Of a DNA stretch of 64,000 nucleotides, positions 59,056 through 64,000 are shown piece after piece. The stretch is from an uncultured bacterium (lineage in GTDB: Bacteria; Hydrothermota; Tepidihabitantia; SM23-42), in assembly GCA_964419565.1 (NCBI GenBank), contig CAYQPW010000008.1, positions 28,284 to 92,283 of the forward strand, written 5' to 3'. The position numbers and the translations under genes are program-made. The notes under the pieces were generated by a model. The model had not been told where the DNA came from. It saw only the letters and a program-made list of their open reading frames with translations, and ran no database searches. Position 1 is the first letter of the stretch; every line of letters begins with the position of its first letter.

Positions 59056-60123
59056 ATGGCTGATAAGAGATTAATGTATGGTAATCACGCAATAGTCGAG
59101 GGTGTGCTTGCAGCAGGTTGCCGTTTTTTTGCTGGTTACCCGATCACACCACAAAATGAGATCCCAGAATTAATGTCAATAAGAATGAATGAAGAAGGCG
59201 GCGTTTTTATTCAGACTGAAAGTGAAATCGCGGCTATTAATATGCTTTTTGGCGCCGCGGCGGCAGGTAAGAGAGCGATGACGTCATCATCCTCCCCAGG
59301 TATCAGTCTTATGCAGGAAGGGATTTCATATTTGGCGGGCGCTGATATACCAGTTCTCGTTGTCAACGTCGTTAGAGGCGGTCCTGGACTCGGTAATATA
59401 GCACCAGCGCAGTCTGATTATTACCAGGCAACCAGGGGTGGCGGACATGGTGATTACTTCACTATTACCCTAGCGCCAAATTCGGCTCAGGATCTATACG
59501 AATTTCCTAAACTTGCCTTTGATTTAGCCGAGCAGTACCGAACTCCGGCTCTGCTTTTAGCCGACGGTCTATTGGGTCAGATGATGGAACCGGTGGAATT
59601 TTCTTTTAAACCGATCGATCCAGAGAGTCTGCCGGAAAAAGAGTGGGCTTTGAGCGGGTGTAGTGGTAGGGAAAGAAGGGTGGTCCGTTCATATGACCTG
59701 AAACCGGGTAAGCTCGAGGAAATGAATGTCCGCAGATTTGAGAAATACGACATTATTAGGAAAAAAGAACAACGCTTCAAAGCCGAGTATTGTAATGATG
59801 CCGATTTAATCATTGTTGCTTACGGCACCTGTTCGCGCGTCTCAGGTGCAGCAATGAGAATGGCCCGGGACAAAGGGTTGAAAGTTGGTCTGCTAAGACC
59901 GGTTACGCTATGGCCTTTTCCAACCGATGTGTTTGCTGATCTGTCAAAGAGTACTGAGAACTTCCTCGTTGTGGAAATGAGCTGTGGTCAGATGATTGAT
60001 GATGTGAAGCTTGCTACTGAATGTCGTTCAAAGATTCACTTTCACGGGCGTCCAGGCGGCGGCGTACCGACACCACCTGAAATCTATGAGAAGATCGAGA
60101 AGATATTAGGGGGTGCCAAATGA
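59056..60123 (+). CDS. korA: 2-oxoacid:ferredoxin oxidoreductase alpha subunit (KorA/PorA/VorA family)
   Basis: Start set at ATG 59056 (RBS AAGGGGA); MADKRLMYGNHAIVEGVLAAGCRFFAGYPITPQNEI. Confidence 0.9.
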   Translation: MADKRLMYGNHAIVEGVLAAGCRFFAGYPITPQNEIPELMSIRMNEEGGVFIQTESEIAAINMLFGAAAAGKRAMTSSSSPGISLMQEGISYLAGADIPVLVVNVVRGGPGLGNIAPAQSDYYQATRGGGHGDYFTITLAPNSAQDLYEFPKLAFDLAEQYRTPALLLADGLLGQMMEPVEFSFKPIDPESLPEKEWALSGCSGRERRVVRSYDLKPGKLEEMNVRRFEKYDIIRKKEQRFKAEYCNDADLIIVAYGTCSRVSGAAMRMARDKGLKVGLLRPVTLWPFPTDVFADLSKSTENFLVVEMSCGQMIDDVKLATECRSKIHFHGRPGGGVPTPPEIYEKIEKILGGAK

Positions 60124-60869
60124 AAAAGGTTTTTTCAAGACCAGGGGGATTGACCGATACCTTAATGAGATACTGTCCAGGATGTGGGCATGGAATCGTA
60201 CACCGTATAATCGGTGAACTACTCGTCGAATTGAACATCCGAGAAAAAGCTGTCGGTATTGCACCAGTTGGATGTTCAGTTTTTGCAGATGAATATTTCA
60301 ATTGTGACATGATTCAACCACCCCATGGTCGGGGACCGGCTGTATCAACCGGGATAAAAAGAGCCCGACCCGACTGCATAGTGTTCAGCTATCAGGGCGA
60401 TGGTGACCTTGCCTCGATAGGTACTGCCGAGATCATCCATGCAGCAGCACGTAATGAGAATATAACCGTTGTTTTTATAAACAATGCGATTTTTGGCATG
60501 ACCGGTGGTCAAATGGCACCGACAACACTGCCCGGGATGAGGTCAACAACATCAGTAAAAGGGCGTGATATAAAGAAACAGGGTTACCCCATGAAAATTT
60601 GCGAAATGCTTGCAAGCCTCGATGGTCCTTATTACCTGGAACGGTGTGCGGTTGATATCCCGAAAAATGTCGTCAAAACGAAAAAAGCCCTGAAAAAAGC
60701 ATTTAATAACCAGATTAATGGCAATGGTTTTTCACTCGTTGAGATCCTCTCAATGTGCCCTACAGGATGGGGACAAACCCCGGTACAGTCGAAAAGATGG
60801 ATTCAAGAAACGATGTCAAAGTATTACCCCCTGGGAACATATCGCGATCAGTCTAAGGAGGCAGAATGA
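60120..60869 (+). CDS. korB: 2-oxoacid:ferredoxin oxidoreductase beta subunit (TPP-binding)
   Basis: CPGCGHG, GDGDLASIG TPP motif. Confidence 0.9.
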   Translation: MKKVFSRPGGLTDTLMRYCPGCGHGIVHRIIGELLVELNIREKAVGIAPVGCSVFADEYFNCDMIQPPHGRGPAVSTGIKRARPDCIVFSYQGDGDLASIGTAEIIHAAARNENITVVFINNAIFGMTGGQMAPTTLPGMRSTTSVKGRDIKKQGYPMKICEMLASLDGPYYLERCAVDIPKNVVKTKKALKKAFNNQINGNGFSLVEILSMCPTGWGQTPVQSKRWIQETMSKYYPLGTYRDQSKEAE

Positions 60870-61399
60870 CTAAAGAAATAATCATTTCAGGTTTTGGCGG
60901 ACAGGGGATCGTTAGTTCAGGGATCATTCTTGCCCATGGTGGTTTAATAGAAAACAAACACGTAACCTTTTTCCCTTCTTATGGTGCTGAAATGCGTGGG
61001 GGAACAGCAAATTGCTCAGTAGTCATATCTGCTGAACCGGTTGCATCACCAATTGTCGCATCCCCTGATGTGGTTATTATTATGAATGAACCTTCTTTGA
61101 CACGTTTTGAACCTACCGTGAAAACCGGGGGTATGCTTTTTTTCAACAAAACTTTGATCAAATCAAAACCGAAGCGTACAGACATTACAGTTATTCCAGT
61201 CGAGGCAAATGCTCTGGCCGAAGAGCTGGGACAGGGACGCGTTGCCAATATGATCATGCTTGGGGCCATGGCAAAGAAGACTGGCATGCTTAGTCTGAAA
61301 ACACTACAAAAAGCACAGCGTAAGCGATATACAAAAGCAAGTGATGAGCAATTAACCTTAAATGATAAGGCTTTGGAAAAAGGATATGGACTTTTATAG
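60866..61399 (+). CDS. korG: 2-oxoacid:ferredoxin oxidoreductase gamma subunit
   Basis: IIISGFGGQGIVSSG motif, 177 aa. Confidence 0.85.
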   Translation: MTKEIIISGFGGQGIVSSGIILAHGGLIENKHVTFFPSYGAEMRGGTANCSVVISAEPVASPIVASPDVVIIMNEPSLTRFEPTVKTGGMLFFNKTLIKSKPKRTDITVIPVEANALAEELGQGRVANMIMLGAMAKKTGMLSLKTLQKAQRKRYTKASDEQLTLNDKALEKGYGLL

Positions 61400-61552
61400 G
61401 GGAATTTCTAAATCCGAAATCCTAAATACTAAACAAATTTTAGTTGGCGAAAGGTAATATTCGGAACACGATCTTTAAAGAAAAATGGTTTGAACATTCG
61501 AGTTTTGATATTGTTTAGAATTTAGAGATTAGCATTTAGTATTTGATAAAAG

Positions 61553-63967
61553 ATGTTTGATAAGATACTTCCGCTTGTAAAAAAGCCAATACGTTATACT
61601 GGTGGCGAGTATAACATAACAATAAAGAAACAGCCAGTCATCCGCACTGGTATTGTTTTTCCCGAAGTATATGAAATTGGTATGTCTAATCTTGGGATAA
61701 GGATACTTTACCATATCCTGAATAGTGAAGCTGGTATACAGTGTGAGCGAATATTTGCGCCGTGGCCGGATTTTGGCGAGAAACTAAGTACAAACGAACT
61801 TCCGCTTTACGGTTTAGAGACGAAAAAACCGGTACATGATTTCGATATGCTGGGTTTTTCCTTGCAGAGTGAATTATGTTATACTACTGTACTCTATATG
61901 TTAGAACTTGCCCAGATACCATTTCGCAGTTCTGACCGGGATCACAGCCATCCGATTCTTATCGCTGGTGGTCCTGCGGTCTTGAATCCATCACCACTTT
62001 CCCCGGTTTTTGATGCATTTGTCATAGGTGACGGCGAAGAAGTCATCCGAACGATTGGACAAATACTGAAAGATATTCCTAGAAATAAAAAAAATGATCG
62101 CCTTACCGAAATGTCGAAACTCGAGGGCATTTGGGTTCCTCAAATACACGGCAGTGAAAAAACAATTAAGAAATTAGCGGTACGAGAACTCACCGAGCAG
62201 GCATTGCCCTTACCGCCGATCCTGCCCATTTGTGAAATAACCCACGACCGTTTAGCTATCGAAGTAATGAGAGGATGCACCTGGGGCTGTCGTTTTTGCC
62301 AGGCCGGGTATGTTAATCGGCCACAAAGGATTCGATCAGAACAGGAAATTCTAAAAGCGGTCGAAAAAGGCATAAGAGATACTGGCTGGGAAGAAATATC
62401 ATTGCTTTCGTTCTCGATTCTTGATTATCCAGACCTGCTAAATATGATAAGACGACTGAATGCGATCTTGCGGAAGAAAATGATAAATATCTCTCTTCCT
62501 GCTATGCGTGGTGAATTGTTCAGTGAAGATCTGGGGTTACTCCTTAAAGAAATTAAGAAAACAGGTTTAACATTCGCCCCGGAAACAGCAAGTGAAGACT
62601 TAAGACGTAAATTGAACAAGTCGTTTTCAAATGACAGACTTATTAATTCAATTCAGTCGGCTCATAAACTTGGCTGGAAACAAGTAAAACTTTATTTTAT
62701 GGTGGGATTACCCTTTGAAAGTAATTCCGATATTATGGAAATGGAGAAACTTGTCGGACAGATACTAAAGGCATACCCGAAAGGTGGTATAAAACTTTCG
62801 ATTAACCCCTTCGTGCCTAAACCTCACACGCCATTCGAGAACGTTGCCATGGCTCCCTTAAGCGAATTAAGAGAAAAAATAGATATCATAAAAGAAATGA
62901 GGCGCCGCCGCGTCGAGGTAAAATATCAGGATCCAGAAGTGTCTTTTGTTGAAGCGGTTATGTCGAAAGCAGATGCGAAGGTATTTCCAGTCATAGAAAC
63001 TGTGTACCGACAGGGCGGAAAATTCGAAGAATGGCGTGAAGGATTTAATTTTGAGCGGTGGCAGCATGCTTTTGATGAAAATGGCATTGACCCGATGGAT
63101 TATTTGAGACCAAAAGACAAACATCCATGGGATTTTCTTGATGTTGGTGTCAGCAAGGATTTTCTTAAGGCAGAATTTTCGCGTGCAGAAAAATCAGTGA
63201 CAACTGAAAACTGTTTCTATAATAATTGCTCGAACTGTGGAGCCTGTGATGGGGATATGGTGAAGCATTCAACAAGCTCTGAGAAATTCGTTCACTATGG
63301 GCGATTCCCCAAGAGAAAGATCCAAGCCAAGTCTTATCGAGTGAAGTATTCAATCGGTGAAATATTCCGCTACGCTTCGCACCTGGATATTACAAGAACA
63401 ATATATCGCGCACTGCGCAGGTCGGATCTGCCTGTACAGTTTACCCAGGGATTTGCGCCGATACCTAAGGTGTCTTTTTGCCCGCCCAAGAGCGTTGGTC
63501 AGACGACAAAAGGTGATTTTTTTGATTTTTCGCTCGCCGCTGAGTATTACGGTAACATATCGATGGAGCTTAACTCCCGATTTCCTTCCGGGATCCGGGT
63601 ACTTGAAGTTCGGCCTATGTCTGCTAATACACCATCACTTTCCAGTTCGATAAACTTGATCTACTACGAAGTCATGGTGCCCAAGGATCTGTTAAAAAAG
63701 CCCTTGGATTTTCCACTGGATAATCCAATATATGTTCAGGCAAAATCGGGGATGAAAAAAGTACAGGATGGTCTAGAATCAATAAGTTATGATGGTGACA
63801 TTCTATCCTGCGGCATAAGATTTGGAGGCGGGAAGATAAATATCTACGATCTAGTCAGTTATTTAACCGATCTTTCTGCTGAGGAAAGCAAGATTTTTAA
63901 GACAACAAGGACCACAATGTTTATAAAGAAGGAAGGGATACTGTACTCTCCAATGGAGGTAAAGTGA
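61553..63967 (+). CDS. B12-binding-domain radical SAM protein (TIGR03960-like) fused to DUF2344 (TIGR03936-like) C-terminal domain
   Basis: Radical SAM CTWGCRFCQAG; N-terminal B12-binding-like region; large C-terminal domain. Confidence 0.8.
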   Translation: MFDKILPLVKKPIRYTGGEYNITIKKQPVIRTGIVFPEVYEIGMSNLGIRILYHILNSEAGIQCERIFAPWPDFGEKLSTNELPLYGLETKKPVHDFDMLGFSLQSELCYTTVLYMLELAQIPFRSSDRDHSHPILIAGGPAVLNPSPLSPVFDAFVIGDGEEVIRTIGQILKDIPRNKKNDRLTEMSKLEGIWVPQIHGSEKTIKKLAVRELTEQALPLPPILPICEITHDRLAIEVMRGCTWGCRFCQAGYVNRPQRIRSEQEILKAVEKGIRDTGWEEISLLSFSILDYPDLLNMIRRLNAILRKKMINISLPAMRGELFSEDLGLLLKEIKKTGLTFAPETASEDLRRKLNKSFSNDRLINSIQSAHKLGWKQVKLYFMVGLPFESNSDIMEMEKLVGQILKAYPKGGIKLSINPFVPKPHTPFENVAMAPLSELREKIDIIKEMRRRRVEVKYQDPEVSFVEAVMSKADAKVFPVIETVYRQGGKFEEWREGFNFERWQHAFDENGIDPMDYLRPKDKHPWDFLDVGVSKDFLKAEFSRAEKSVTTENCFYNNCSNCGACDGDMVKHSTSSEKFVHYGRFPKRKIQAKSYRVKYSIGEIFRYASHLDITRTIYRALRRSDLPVQFTQGFAPIPKVSFCPPKSVGQTTKGDFFDFSLAAEYYGNISMELNSRFPSGIRVLEVRPMSANTPSLSSSINLIYYEVMVPKDLLKKPLDFPLDNPIYVQAKSGMKKVQDGLESISYDGDILSCGIRFGGGKINIYDLVSYLTDLSAEESKIFKTTRTTMFIKKEGILYSPMEVK

Positions 63968-64000
63968 AAAAGAAAGATATAGTCATTAACGTTTCGAATA
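63964..64000 (+). CDS. Start of next gene (partial, overlapping stop of radical SAM gene)
   Basis: GTG/ATG overlap GTGAAAAAGAAAGATATAGTC...; only 12 codons in window. Confidence 0.3.
   Translation, partial: MKKKDIVINVSN

Overview
Bacterial chromosomal window, AT-rich and gene-dense, with 4 tRNAs, several T9SS-type C-terminal sorting domains and a PcrB/GGGPS homologue (Cloacimonadota-like, low confidence). Genes include a MacAB-TolC-type efflux locus, purD-purE, guaB, recJ, a korDABG-type 2-oxoacid:ferredoxin oxidoreductase operon, lptFG-accD-PBP1A and a B12-riboswitch-controlled btuB. Most unusual: the RNase P RNA gene (rnpB, ~49205..50128) has clear type-A core motifs but is split by two small GIY-YIG nuclease ORFs. 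These sit inside expanded hairpins (P3 and a P9-like helix) closed by perfect 17- and 19-bp stems, and each stop codon lies in the closing stem. Other features: a cytoplasmic MCP-signalling-like domain fused to a family-5 solute-binding domain behind a tRNA-Met and followed by a giant coiled-coil protein; a tandemly duplicated lipoprotein/small-secreted-protein cassette; a tandem-domain ThyX with complementary motif loss; a TsaC–LMW-phosphatase fusion; a GGDEF–STAND–TPR protein; four likely leaderless mRNAs (TTGACA-N16-TATAAT-N5/7-ATG); and a frameshifted mini T9SS protein at a G5 tract. No CRISPR, integrase or transposase seen.
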